64,000 nt of DNA from a virus: positions 32,001-96,000 of the IMG/VR virus record IMGVR_UViG_3300022745_000020; one strand, written 5' to 3'. Within the stretch, counting starts at the first letter, position 1. Each line of letters opens with the position of its first letter. The notes below the pieces were generated by a model. That model saw only the letters and a program-made list of their open reading frames with translations, was not told where the DNA came from and ran no database searches. The position numbers were made by a program, and so were the translations under genes. Positions 54,728 through 64,000 of this stretch are shown one piece after another.

Positions 54728-55849
54728 ATGACTCTGGCTCAATCTACATTTCAAACCGGTGCGAGCGATGCACTGCAAGCCGTAGACGTCTACAATCAAA
54801 CGGGTGCGGCTGTCATCAACACCATCCGCGATACGGCAGGTTATATCAAGAGTCTGGATAGGACGTTCAAATCCGCCACTGACTTGAGCATCAATGGCAT
54901 CTCTGTAGACTCTATACTCAAGATCAATCAAGGCCAACTCATGGTCAATCCAGATGCGATGCTCAAAGCTGCATTGAGAGACGTGCCTGGGTTGATGTCG
55001 GCTTATCAGACACTGTCGGATGCTCGTAAAGTGACCTTCACGGCCATTGAAGATGCCATCAGCCTAGTCAAGGTCACCAAAGGTGCTGCTCAGTCGTTTT
55101 TAAAGTCAGCTCCAATCAACGATGTGCGAGCCATCATGGGCATGGTCATGGCCATGGCCGAGGGCTGCCCACTGTTTCCCAATATCGTCGTAGAAGATAT
55201 CGGAGCACTTCGATTTTTATTGAAGAAACTCCTGCATGAGGCCACCACACTGGGGCTGACTGGACTATATGGGGCTTTCGTAGGCTGCCCTAAATTCACT
55301 GAGGATACTCATCGGGCTGTTACGCAGTCCATGTGCTCGACGCTGTATGGTACATGTAACAACGACTTGCTGCTGGAGATCGCTGAGAATGGTGGAGGCA
55401 GATTCCTCCTAGAGGGCGATCCTAATTTCTTTAGGAACTACGTCTGTAAGTATCAGCTGGGATACAGCTCTGCATCCGAACTCTGGAGAGCTAAGCAATC
55501 CACATTCGCAGATGACTTGAAGAAGATCATCCGAGCCTTCGGTCTGATCGATCCGATGTGGTTTGTCTCTAAACTCAACAAAGACATCCATGCCATCCAT
55601 GCGTATGTATTTGATAAAGCCAGTGATGATATGTTTGAGCTGATGCGTCACGCTCAGATGCTCAACTGTCCCAGCTCTCGAGCTATGATTCGCCACTGTG
55701 AGTCCACTCACGACTGGAGCACATTCGATACCCGCCAGTACGTCATGCTCACCTATCACGCGAGCATGCTGCGGCGTCAAAAAGACGCCAAGAAAGGCTA
55801 CGCCCTACTGCGAGCTGAGATGGCCAAGAGCTTTCATTTTCTTAAATAA
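54728..55849 (+). CDS. Virion / baseplate structural protein (phiKZ gp139-like)
   Basis: N-terminal 'FQTGASDALQAVDVY' and 'IDPMWF' motifs. Confidence 0.6.
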   Translation: MTLAQSTFQTGASDALQAVDVYNQTGAAVINTIRDTAGYIKSLDRTFKSATDLSINGISVDSILKINQGQLMVNPDAMLKAALRDVPGLMSAYQTLSDARKVTFTAIEDAISLVKVTKGAAQSFLKSAPINDVRAIMGMVMAMAEGCPLFPNIVVEDIGALRFLLKKLLHEATTLGLTGLYGAFVGCPKFTEDTHRAVTQSMCSTLYGTCNNDLLLEIAENGGGRFLLEGDPNFFRNYVCKYQLGYSSASELWRAKQSTFADDLKKIIRAFGLIDPMWFVSKLNKDIHAIHAYVFDKASDDMFELMRHAQMLNCPSSRAMIRHCESTHDWSTFDTRQYVMLTYHASMLRRQKDAKKGYALLRAEMAKSFHFLK

Positions 55850-55865
55850 AACATACATACACCCC

Positions 55866-55907
55866 CCACAGTAGTGCAGGTCAATCCAATGACCTGCACT
55901 ACTGTGG
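55866..55907. terminator. Stem-loop, 18-bp stem
   Basis: ccacagtagtgcaggtca-atccaa-tgacctgcactactgtgg. Confidence 0.68.
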
Positions 55908-55989
55908 TGTATAACTGTCTCTATTTTTACTCTATGCACTTCAGTAGTGCGCCAGCATCAGACACCCTGCGAAGAGGAATAAAACACCT

Positions 55990-58092
55990 ATGGCCACCAC
56001 CTCCCCCATCGAGCAAGCCGCTCAGATTCGATTGGCTCAACGCAGCCTGATCAGCCCCAACGGAATGATCACTGATCGCTTATGGATACGTCAGGCGTTT
56101 TTGGTGCCTCCCACCCTAGGCTCCACAGGTGGACCCGCTTCTAGTCTAGACCCAGTGGATCAGGAAAACAGAGGCTACTCCAGTGCATCGTTTAAGTACA
56201 CCGACTCTACTGTGGGTGGGAACTTCTGCATCAATCCACCTCCTCAGTTCACACCCTATGCGGATATCCCTGTTAAGGGGCTGAGTCGTCAAGCAGTGGA
56301 TCAAGGCATCGCCTATTCAGCGGGCTTTACAGGCATGGGCAGGTACTACAGTGAAGCCATCGATGACAACAATCGCATCGTGCACTTGAGTTTTGGGTTT
56401 GTATCGTACAACTCACTGACTCAGTTCTTCACAGGGTTTTACACGCCCTCACTGGCTACGCTGGCTCGCACGGGTAGATCGACCACTGGCTTCATTGATA
56501 TGTTCTTGAAGACAGCTTTTGGTGTGATTAATCTAGCGGTACTGCCTCTGACGATCATCCCTATCTTGTTCATGACCATCGGTAATGCGATTCGGTTTAT
56601 GTTCAAAATACCCGCTAGTAAGTTTTGCTATTTCAAAGAAGGTATGACCTCATACTGGAAGGTGGTGAACAACTTAGTCAACCAGCTAGCGGTCAATCGT
56701 CAGTTGATCACTTATACACAGTCCAGCGTGTTTGAATCGTTCATTGGTGAGAAACCTAAACTCGATAACGCTACAAAGACCATCTTTCATCAAATCTTTC
56801 CAGAGATGGCTGAAGATGGTATCATCGACGTCTATGCCATTGCTAACCGTGCTAAGCGCCTAGAGCAGCGTCACCGCAAGGAGATGTTCAAGCAACTGAG
56901 TGCCTTAGGAGATGAGGGTTGGTACGGTAAGGTCAGGAAAGTCTATAAGGAAAATGCAGGTCTGGAGCAAATCGATGCTCATGAGACCATGCCGTTTTCT
57001 CAAAAGACATTCTGGGAAAAGTTCTTCGCTGGAGCTGAGCTCAGTAAAGGCGATACTGAGGGCATCATCGAGCAGGATCTGCGCACTCGAAAAGACACTG
57101 CCAACGCAGCGACTGCCAGTGGAGGTAAGACACTCGAAGATCTAAAGACTCAGCCCTATGAGCCTAATGTCTCCGACGGATTTTTCGAATACTTCTTGGC
57201 ATCTGCTGCCGACGGCAGTTCTTGGGCATCGTTTCGGGTCGACGACACGGGATCCACCACTGAGACGTTCTCTAACTCTACTTCCCCGTCTTCTCTAGCG
57301 GATAAACTCAACTCCGCTTCTAAGTCTGCACGAGAGACTCACATCAGCTTTGCTGAAGGTAATGTAGACAGTGCGGGGTTTGTCAAAGGTGTACTCGATG
57401 GGGCTGTGAGCATCCTCACCAACACGGCCGATTTGCTACATATCGGGGGGTTGGTGCAGTTTGCTGGTCGTGCATTTGTAGATATCCCTGAGCACTGGAC
57501 AGATCACGCCGCTAGTGTGGGGGAGACTTCTACGTACACCACCACACTCATCAGCCCCTATGGAAACGTAGTTTCGCAGATGATGCACATCTACATCCCG
57601 CTGTGTATGCTCCTAGCTGGAGCACTACCTTTAGCCACCGGTAAGCAGTCGTACACCAGTCCATTCGTGTGTCAGCTCTATGACAGAGGGCGAAGTATCA
57701 CTCGCTTAGGTATGATCACATCACTCACCATCACTCGGGGTACGTCGAATATGGCCTGGGATAGAAACGGCAACGCCATGGCCATCGATGTGTCGTTTAC
57801 GGTGAAGGATCTCTCCTCAGTGGTGAGTCTGCCTATCCATGAAGGCATGAGCATCATGCCCCTAGAAGGCGTCTTCGATAGTGAGAATAAATTCACAGAT
57901 TACATGATGGCGCTATCGGCCACGAGTCTGCCAGACGCTCATGATCGTCTACCCATCCTCAAGAGGCAGATGGATACCAAGATCGCTCAGATCAAACAGA
58001 TCGCATCTCCTGCTATGTGGGGTATGCAGTTTGCGAATATGCTCCCAGGTCAGCTCATGAATATCTTTATGAGTCCGACTGATAAGCGTTGA
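55990..58092 (+). CDS. Baseplate hub protein (phiKZ gp182-like)
   Basis: 'KYTDSTVGGNFCINPPPQFT.YAD', 'GMGRYYSEAIDDN' and 'SPYGN...LAGALP..TG.QSYTSPF' motifs; convergent with the gp181-like gene. Confidence 0.75.
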   Translation: MATTSPIEQAAQIRLAQRSLISPNGMITDRLWIRQAFLVPPTLGSTGGPASSLDPVDQENRGYSSASFKYTDSTVGGNFCINPPPQFTPYADIPVKGLSRQAVDQGIAYSAGFTGMGRYYSEAIDDNNRIVHLSFGFVSYNSLTQFFTGFYTPSLATLARTGRSTTGFIDMFLKTAFGVINLAVLPLTIIPILFMTIGNAIRFMFKIPASKFCYFKEGMTSYWKVVNNLVNQLAVNRQLITYTQSSVFESFIGEKPKLDNATKTIFHQIFPEMAEDGIIDVYAIANRAKRLEQRHRKEMFKQLSALGDEGWYGKVRKVYKENAGLEQIDAHETMPFSQKTFWEKFFAGAELSKGDTEGIIEQDLRTRKDTANAATASGGKTLEDLKTQPYEPNVSDGFFEYFLASAADGSSWASFRVDDTGSTTETFSNSTSPSSLADKLNSASKSARETHISFAEGNVDSAGFVKGVLDGAVSILTNTADLLHIGGLVQFAGRAFVDIPEHWTDHAASVGETSTYTTTLISPYGNVVSQMMHIYIPLCMLLAGALPLATGKQSYTSPFVCQLYDRGRSITRLGMITSLTITRGTSNMAWDRNGNAMAIDVSFTVKDLSSVVSLPIHEGMSIMPLEGVFDSENKFTDYMMALSATSLPDAHDRLPILKRQMDTKIAQIKQIASPAMWGMQFANMLPGQLMNIFMSPTDKR

Positions 58093-58106
58093 TACAGCAT
58101 AGAGCC

Positions 58107-58143
58107 CACTCACCACCCTAGCGCATTGCCAGGGTGGTGAGTG
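58107..58143. terminator. Stem-loop, 13-bp stem, flanked by CATA and TATG, between convergent genes
   Basis: cactcaccaccct...agggtggtgagtg. Confidence 0.68.
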
Positions 58144-58152
58144 AGTATGCTT

Positions 58153-61100
58153 TTATGCTCTGCGTCTCATGGACACAGGAAGATCGGGGATATCATATCG
58201 AGCACTCATTGGCTTGGAGTTACTCCTCACAGCTGGAGTATCATTAGTCAATTCAGTCTCGGGTTTAGCTGAGGGGTCCTTAGCCTGCATAGACTCCACA
58301 GCAGCAGGGATATTGGGTTTATTAGCGATGATGGCCAGTAGTTGCTCCATGCGCTTTTGTACAACCAGACTCTCGCTCAAGATCCCTTCGGTCTTAAACA
58401 TCAGGTTGGCACCTGGGCTGTTATCGACTGCGGGTTCGATGCGAGTGGGCTGGAGATTGCTCATGTCTAAGCCCAGACTAGCGCGAGCAAAGTCTGACTT
58501 TATAGCCGCTCTGGAGGGCTTGGGAGTAGCTGTGGCTACCTCTGTATCCCCCGAGGGGGTTTGAGGCCTTGTAGAGGCCTTTAAAGCCCTCCAAGAGCTA
58601 TCCTGAGATGCATTTTGTACAGCAGAGACTCGCGTGCGCTCGACAGGGACAGTATCACTGCCTAAATCGATCCCAAACGCAGCTGCAGTCTTCCTGAGCT
58701 TAGCATCGATGTAGTCCACCAGAGCCTGTACAGATCTGGGAGATCCATTGTCGTAGAAGATACTTTCATTAGCAGCAGCTGCCTTAGGCAGGATCTGAGC
58801 AGCTGGAGTCTGAGGGGCATTTTGGTACACCTCATACAGGCGCTTGGCTCCAGCCTTACCCAGGAAGTGAGCCATGTAGGCTTTGGTCACATCCTGAGTC
58901 TGACCGTCGCTGTTGGCCTTGATGAGGTGTGCTCCCATGAGAGCGTTAGCACGAGCATCGTAGACTGAAGTGCTCTCGGGCATATAGCCGTATCTAGAGC
59001 CATACTTAGAAACAGTTTCCTCCCAAGTGGCTTGAGTGAAACCGTTGAGTCCGGCAGCACTGCCGAGCTTAGCTCTGGCGTCTGGGTTAAAGCCAGACTC
59101 CATAGCTGCAGTAGCCAGTGCCACCTTAGGGTCCACACCCACCGCCTGAGCAGCTGCGGTGATGGTGTCTTTGACCGATTGCTTATCTCGGCTCTTGGGC
59201 TCAGGGACTTTAGTCAGAGCACCTATGGTGGGTTTTTCTGGCAGAGCACCGAATTGAGCCTTGTTAGGTGCATCGGTAGACGCCACTGCGGGCTTACTCT
59301 CCGCATCAGGCAGAGGAGCAAACTTGGGCTGATTGCTCGCTTGCAGTGGGGCTTTACCTGGCTGAGATACAGGCCCCACGATACCCGTTTGCAGTGTAGG
59401 CTTCTTAGATTGAGTCCCCAGTGGATCGATCTTCTCCAGAGGACCAGAGGCTTTAGCATCGGCATTGATGCCAGATAGTTTCACATTGGGCTGGATGCTG
59501 GCAGCAAGGATCTGGCGAGCAAGCTCTGGATTGCGAGAGCCATCGGTGGCACCCTTTTGAGTGCCTAAGCCCCCACCTCCTCGACCGATGCCTTCTTCTA
59601 TGGCTTTCATCGCCAGCTCAGGCTGCTGCTTATAGCGATCGATATCGAGCTGCACGCCCACTGGCTCGATGTGCCAGGGCTCACCTCCCACAGGTCGAAT
59701 CAGTCCATACTTGCGCAGCAGCCCCAGATCATCCATCTCATCGAGGGCTTTAGAGTCAGCATCCAGCGCTAAGCCGTAGCCATGTAGACTCTGACCAGGA
59801 ACAGCAGCTTTAGTGCCAAACTTCTGCCGCATAGCGACTTGGTCTTCATAGCTGCGATAGGCATCGGTGACGGTGATGCGCTTACCAGTGAGTTGGTAGT
59901 ATTCCTCCACAGCGCCGAAGAAGCTCTTCATGAGTGCTGGGTTGACCTGATCCATCTTGAGCTTGCCATCCTGGCGGATAAGGCTATAGCCATTGCGACC
60001 ATCCAAGAGTGGCCCATCGGCAAACTTCAAGCCACTGGGATTGACCTTGGAGTCAATTACACTCACACTGCTGGTGGCAGTGGGGGGCTTTTCCACATCC
60101 AAGGAGAAGTTGGTCTTAGGCAGCTCAGGTGCTGCCTTGGTCAACGTATCTTGCTGCTGCTTTTGAGCATCGGCTACGAGCTGTATACCACGCTGCTCAC
60201 GAGTGGGCTTGGTGGTATCTGCAGCAGCCTTATTAGGCTTAGACTTGATCTCATCGAGCTTATACTTGAGTCGGATGTCTTGGATGACAGCCTTCACATC
60301 TGTCGATGAGCAGGCCTTATACGCTGCGTCATGCAGCGGTAATACCCCGTAGCCGTAAGGGCCATCCATGTAGGAGGCTAAGCTCATATACGACTGCAGA
60401 TCTGCACCCTCCAGAGAGCTGATCGAATCGATATCGAATTTCCCAGTGACTTGCTTGACAGCCAGAGCGTGTGTCAAAAACACAGGCTTGAACCTGGCAC
60501 GATACCACATGGTGAAGCGATTGACATCTTCTTTGCTCTGACTGTCGAGATCGAAGATGGACATGATGTCCTTGAGATTGACCTTACTCTCAATGATATC
60601 AGGGCCTTGATTGGTAAACTGCACCCGATCTTGTAAGATGCGCTCGAACTTCACCACCTTGACATAATTGACTTCATCATCGGGATGAAAACCATACTGC
60701 ACCAGGCGCAGCTTGTCGATATCGCCGAGCTTGTCTTTGTAGTGACGATAGACTTTCCATGCCCCATAGCCCACAGCAGCAGCCACAGCCGCACCGATGA
60801 CCACAGGAGAGCCCAGGAAGGCCCCTAGCGCAGTACCCAGTGTAGCCAGACCAGTGCCAGCTGCAGCCATCAAACCGCCTCCAGTGGCTGCTGCAGTAGC
60901 AGCACCACCAGCCGCAGCTGTGGTGGCACTGGCAGCGCCTACAGCAGTGGCAGTACCTGCTGCTGCAGTCGCACCAGTCGTCGCTGCTGCAGCAGTAGCA
61001 GCAGCTCCCCCTAGACCCAGAGCACCGGCTCCCCAGCCCATGAGTTTACCGATACTGCCTTTGCCCAGAGACAGCAGATTCTTGATACCATCGATGAGAT

Positions 61101-64000
61101 CGCTGAGCTTACCCAGCAATCCACCAGAGTCTTTATCTGTAGAGTCTTTCTTCTGGAGTTTACTCTGTACAGACTCTTTGGCTTTCTCGATCTCCTTAGC
61201 ATCTTCTTGATGCTGCGCAGCCGATTGCTTTTGATTGCGCTTGAAGATAGACTTCAGACTCTTCAATGGAGAGACTCCTGAGGACTTAGAGCCATCTGTA
61301 GATTTATCAGCAGTGGGCGTCTCCCCACTCGATCCATCTGTAGCAGGCAGTCGATCATCCAAGATATCACGGATCTCCTCGAGTACGGACAGAGACTTTT
61401 TAGAGGTGATGGCATCGCTGCCACCGAAGAGTCCGCCGATACCCCCAGTGAGTAGATTACCCACTGCGCCCAGTCCCTTCATGCCGGCTGTGGCGATTTT
61501 CTTAGTGGCCTCCCAGCCCAGCTTCATGCCCTTGTATGCGAGTTTGCCAGCACCCATGACCAGGGACTTAGCTGCATTAAAGACCTTACCCAGGCGAGTG
61601 CGCACGGGCCGGCCCTTGTTATCGTACAGCCCTTTTTGGAGCATCTCGAGCGTGACGACTTCATTACCATCCCCATCGAGCACAGGTCCATCGATATCGG
61701 AGTAGGAGCGAATAGCCTTGCCCGTACTCTTAGATGTATAATAGCCCTTGACCATGAGGTTGGCCAGCAGTACAGGATCTTTTACACCTGGGCTGTATAG
61801 ATCCACAGGCCTGCCTAGGAAGTTGTATCCTGCTTTGAGTGCACTGCCTATGAACGATCGAGCAGACTTGAGGATGGTCATCTCCAGATTCCACATGGCA
61901 GACACGCCACCTGTGGCTAGCCAGCCCAGGCCCTTGACGATCTTCTTGGGGACGTAAGCCAAACCCCTGCCCACCAGTGAGGTGAGCCTGACCATGATCC
62001 CACGAGGATCTGGACACACCAGTTGATCGAGCTCCTCATCCTTGATGAGGATATTCCCACTCTCATCGGTGATGGCTTGATTGATGTCTTTATGGGACTT
62101 CAGCACATCCTTGCTGTGTAGACGACGATACTTACCCGCATCGATTTGTACTCCATACAGGCGAGGTTTATTCTCCCCCTTGACATACACATCACGAGTT
62201 TGTTCTTTAAACTTACCCGGGATACTTGCAGCGGCTTTGGCTACATCCCACATCCCACTGGCGATCTTCCCACTGAGCTTGGCACTACCCATGAAGAGTC
62301 TACCTGTACCACTGATCAGTCCGGATACCCCACCGATGGCTTTATCCTTAGCCCAAATGAGAGAGCGGTTAGTCATACTCAGCTTGGGTTTACCACCCAA
62401 GCCAGCGATAGCCACGTGCTCGACTCGATCGAGGATCTTATTCAAAGTCTCATTGATTCGATCGAGTTGCTGAGGGACACCTTCTCCAGGCAGAGCAGTC
62501 TGAGCCGATACTGTAGCACCTGCCTTATCTGAAGCGGAGAATTTAGATTTCAATGTATCCCAGCTGGGGATATTGACTTGCCTGATGCGCTCAGCTGCAG
62601 CGGTGAAAGCCGCAGTGGCTTTCTCCACCATGGTCTCTACAGACTGAGGATCGATCTTGAGCTTGTCTTTGAGTGTGGACAGTGATGGCCGATCGATGTG
62701 CTCAGGGGGTGGCTCGACTGTCTTAGCCTCGATGTCTTGCGCTTGAGAGTTGTCATACTTAGATGTATACCCCGAGCGCTGACCCCGATCCATGATGACA
62801 CTAAGCCTATCGTCAGGGGCTCTGACCACAGGCAATAGGGATCTGCGAGATCCATCTGGATTGAGCAGCTGCACACCGCCGTCTCCGATGGGCATGATGG
62901 CTTCTTTGCCATCTTCCCCAGCTACTGCTTCTTGCACACCTTTCTTGCCAAAGAGCTTGAACTTGGTGGCCTTACTCAAGATTTTGTTGATGAACACGCC
63001 ACCTTTGGCGAACTTCTTAGTGGCTGGATCGTCTTGCTGGCCTAAGCCCGATGCAGGCTGCTCACTGCCCTTGTCGACATTGGGCACAGATTGCTCTTGC
63101 TTGATGTCTTCGGCTTGCGATGCGGCAGTCGGAGGCGTTTTGGTTTGACTGTCCTCATCCTTTTTCTCACCAGCCTCTTTGATCTCTTTCCAAGATTCAA
63201 GAAGTCCTTCCTTGATTTTGATCATGCGCTGCATGACTGCGACTCGGATCTTCTCTGGCAGTGCAGCGAGCTCCTTGAGTAAGAGCTCATAGTCGATCTC
63301 GCCGTCGACCGTGCAGCGCTCGAGCATAGACTCAGCTTGAGCATTGACATTCTTGATCTTAGAAGTTACTGTCTCAGTGGCTTGTTTGCCAGCATCGACT
63401 AATGCACTCAGATGGACATTGCCAGAGACTTCCTTGCTGATGGCTTTGGAGACCTCGTCGAGTTTGGCTTTAGCAGCCTGACCTGATTTACTCTTAGAGG
63501 CATCTTCCATAGCAGCTTTGAGGATATCGGAGGGCTTACCTTCCGAGCCCTCATCCAGGGTCTTTTCCAGACCGGTAGCTCCCATGGACTTGGCCATCTT
63601 GCGAGCTTGAGCAAAAGCTCCCTTCTTGGCTTTCTTGCCACGAGCTCTGAGATTTTCTTTAGTCTGCTCGTATTTGGCTTTGGCCTTCTGGACGGTCTCA
63701 GACTCACTCATGGCTTTCTTGAGCTCTTCGGCCATGGTGGGCCGCTTGGGCTCAGCCTTCTGAGCCGATGGAGTCATCTTCAGATAGTGCTCGAGCATGG
63801 CTTTGGTGTCGACTCGTCGACTCAATCCCCCCTCGTAGCCATCTTCTTGCGAAGATACGATCCCATGCTCTCTGAGCAAATCGCTGTGACCTTGATCTGC
63901 CAGTCGTTGGATATTGGTGGTGGTATCCCCCAAGTCACTGGTTAGGTTTCTGTGGATATTTCGCAGATTCATCTGCTTTTGTATAGGGACTTTTTCGAAG
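58153..64000 (-). CDS. Tape-measure / tail-tip protein with peptidoglycan hydrolases (phiKZ gp181-like), 5'-truncated by the window
   Basis: At least 1939 aa, with the frame open to the window end. It has an Ala-rich TM stretch, an M15 peptidase (AYRSYEDQ, PGQSLHGYGLALD, EPWHIE) and an SLT transglycosylase (AAMESGFNP, AAGLNGF...TW, YMAHFLG..GA). Confidence 0.85.
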   Translation of the reverse strand, partial: FEKVPIQKQMNLRNIHRNLTSDLGDTTTNIQRLADQGHSDLLREHGIVSSQEDGYEGGLSRRVDTKAMLEHYLKMTPSAQKAEPKRPTMAEELKKAMSESETVQKAKAKYEQTKENLRARGKKAKKGAFAQARKMAKSMGATGLEKTLDEGSEGKPSDILKAAMEDASKSKSGQAAKAKLDEVSKAISKEVSGNVHLSALVDAGKQATETVTSKIKNVNAQAESMLERCTVDGEIDYELLLKELAALPEKIRVAVMQRMIKIKEGLLESWKEIKEAGEKKDEDSQTKTPPTAASQAEDIKQEQSVPNVDKGSEQPASGLGQQDDPATKKFAKGGVFINKILSKATKFKLFGKKGVQEAVAGEDGKEAIMPIGDGGVQLLNPDGSRRSLLPVVRAPDDRLSVIMDRGQRSGYTSKYDNSQAQDIEAKTVEPPPEHIDRPSLSTLKDKLKIDPQSVETMVEKATAAFTAAAERIRQVNIPSWDTLKSKFSASDKAGATVSAQTALPGEGVPQQLDRINETLNKILDRVEHVAIAGLGGKPKLSMTNRSLIWAKDKAIGGVSGLISGTGRLFMGSAKLSGKIASGMWDVAKAAASIPGKFKEQTRDVYVKGENKPRLYGVQIDAGKYRRLHSKDVLKSHKDINQAITDESGNILIKDEELDQLVCPDPRGIMVRLTSLVGRGLAYVPKKIVKGLGWLATGGVSAMWNLEMTILKSARSFIGSALKAGYNFLGRPVDLYSPGVKDPVLLANLMVKGYYTSKSTGKAIRSYSDIDGPVLDGDGNEVVTLEMLQKGLYDNKGRPVRTRLGKVFNAAKSLVMGAGKLAYKGMKLGWEATKKIATAGMKGLGAVGNLLTGGIGGLFGGSDAITSKKSLSVLEEIRDILDDRLPATDGSSGETPTADKSTDGSKSSGVSPLKSLKSIFKRNQKQSAAQHQEDAKEIEKAKESVQSKLQKKDSTDKDSGGLLGKLSDLIDGIKNLLSLGKGSIGKLMGWGAGALGLGGAAATAAAATTGATAAAGTATAVGAASATTAAAGGAATAAATGGGLMAAAGTGLATLGTALGAFLGSPVVIGAAVAAAVGYGAWKVYRHYKDKLGDIDKLRLVQYGFHPDDEVNYVKVVKFERILQDRVQFTNQGPDIIESKVNLKDIMSIFDLDSQSKEDVNRFTMWYRARFKPVFLTHALAVKQVTGKFDIDSISSLEGADLQSYMSLASYMDGPYGYGVLPLHDAAYKACSSTDVKAVIQDIRLKYKLDEIKSKPNKAAADTTKPTREQRGIQLVADAQKQQQDTLTKAAPELPKTNFSLDVEKPPTATSSVSVIDSKVNPSGLKFADGPLLDGRNGYSLIRQDGKLKMDQVNPALMKSFFGAVEEYYQLTGKRITVTDAYRSYEDQVAMRQKFGTKAAVPGQSLHGYGLALDADSKALDEMDDLGLLRKYGLIRPVGGEPWHIEPVGVQLDIDRYKQQPELAMKAIEEGIGRGGGGLGTQKGATDGSRNPELARQILAASIQPNVKLSGINADAKASGPLEKIDPLGTQSKKPTLQTGIVGPVSQPGKAPLQASNQPKFAPLPDAESKPAVASTDAPNKAQFGALPEKPTIGALTKVPEPKSRDKQSVKDTITAAAQAVGVDPKVALATAAMESGFNPDARAKLGSAAGLNGFTQATWEETVSKYGSRYGYMPESTSVYDARANALMGAHLIKANSDGQTQDVTKAYMAHFLGKAGAKRLYEVYQNAPQTPAAQILPKAAAANESIFYDNGSPRSVQALVDYIDAKLRKTAAAFGIDLGSDTVPVERTRVSAVQNASQDSSWRALKASTRPQTPSGDTEVATATPKPSRAAIKSDFARASLGLDMSNLQPTRIEPAVDNSPGANLMFKTEGILSESLVVQKRMEQLLAIIANKPNIPAAVESMQAKDPSAKPETELTNDTPAVRSNSKPMSARYDIPDLPVSMRRRA

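Noticed and set aside
6019-58143. CRISPR array, REP or MITE family formed by the hairpins
   Set aside because: The stems are unrelated in sequence, single-copy and dispersed; there is no repeat-spacer periodicity, target duplication or transposase.
57722-58143. Other hairpin arms matching coding sequence (e.g. cactcacca at 57722)
   Set aside because: Matches are only 9-11 nt, which is expected by chance in 64 kb, unlike the 21-nt portal match.
1-64000. Stop-codon reassignment (TAG is rare at gene ends)
   Set aside because: Genes are full-length and tightly packed under the standard code, with no in-frame TAG or TGA interruptions of conserved genes.
1-64000. tRNA/rRNA genes, introns, inteins, homing endonucleases
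   Set aside because: No cloverleaf, intein splice motifs or HNH/GIY-YIG/LAGLIDADG motifs were recognised by eye, and intergenic gaps are short. tRNAscan/Infernal were not run.

Overview
This is a 64-kb segment of a phiKZ-like (Chimalliviridae-type) jumbo phage genome in the standard genetic code. The core genes include split RNA polymerase beta fragments (non-virion gp123-like and virion gp149-like), portal, RuvC, a CYTH-fold protein, RNase H, UvsX/RecA, a spanin-like pair, baseplate proteins and a large gp181-like tail protein carrying both M15-peptidase and lytic-transglycosylase domains. phiKZ gp numbers come from recalled motifs, size and synteny, not from a database search. The most unusual part is a ~23.5-kb co-oriented receptor-binding island (14751-38154). 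It holds six paralogous polyglycine adhesin-like domains that share patchwork DNA identity, one with an in-frame G18 tract. It also holds a ~50-aa N-terminal module reused on four proteins, two clan GH-A glycoside hydrolases, a polysaccharide lyase and a beta-helix tailspike. Intergenic regions carry about 15 long, sequence-unrelated hairpins; 11 are preceded by CATA, and one has an arm perfectly complementary (21 nt) to the portal coding sequence. No tRNA, rRNA, CRISPR array, integrase, transposase or reverse transcriptase was recognised.
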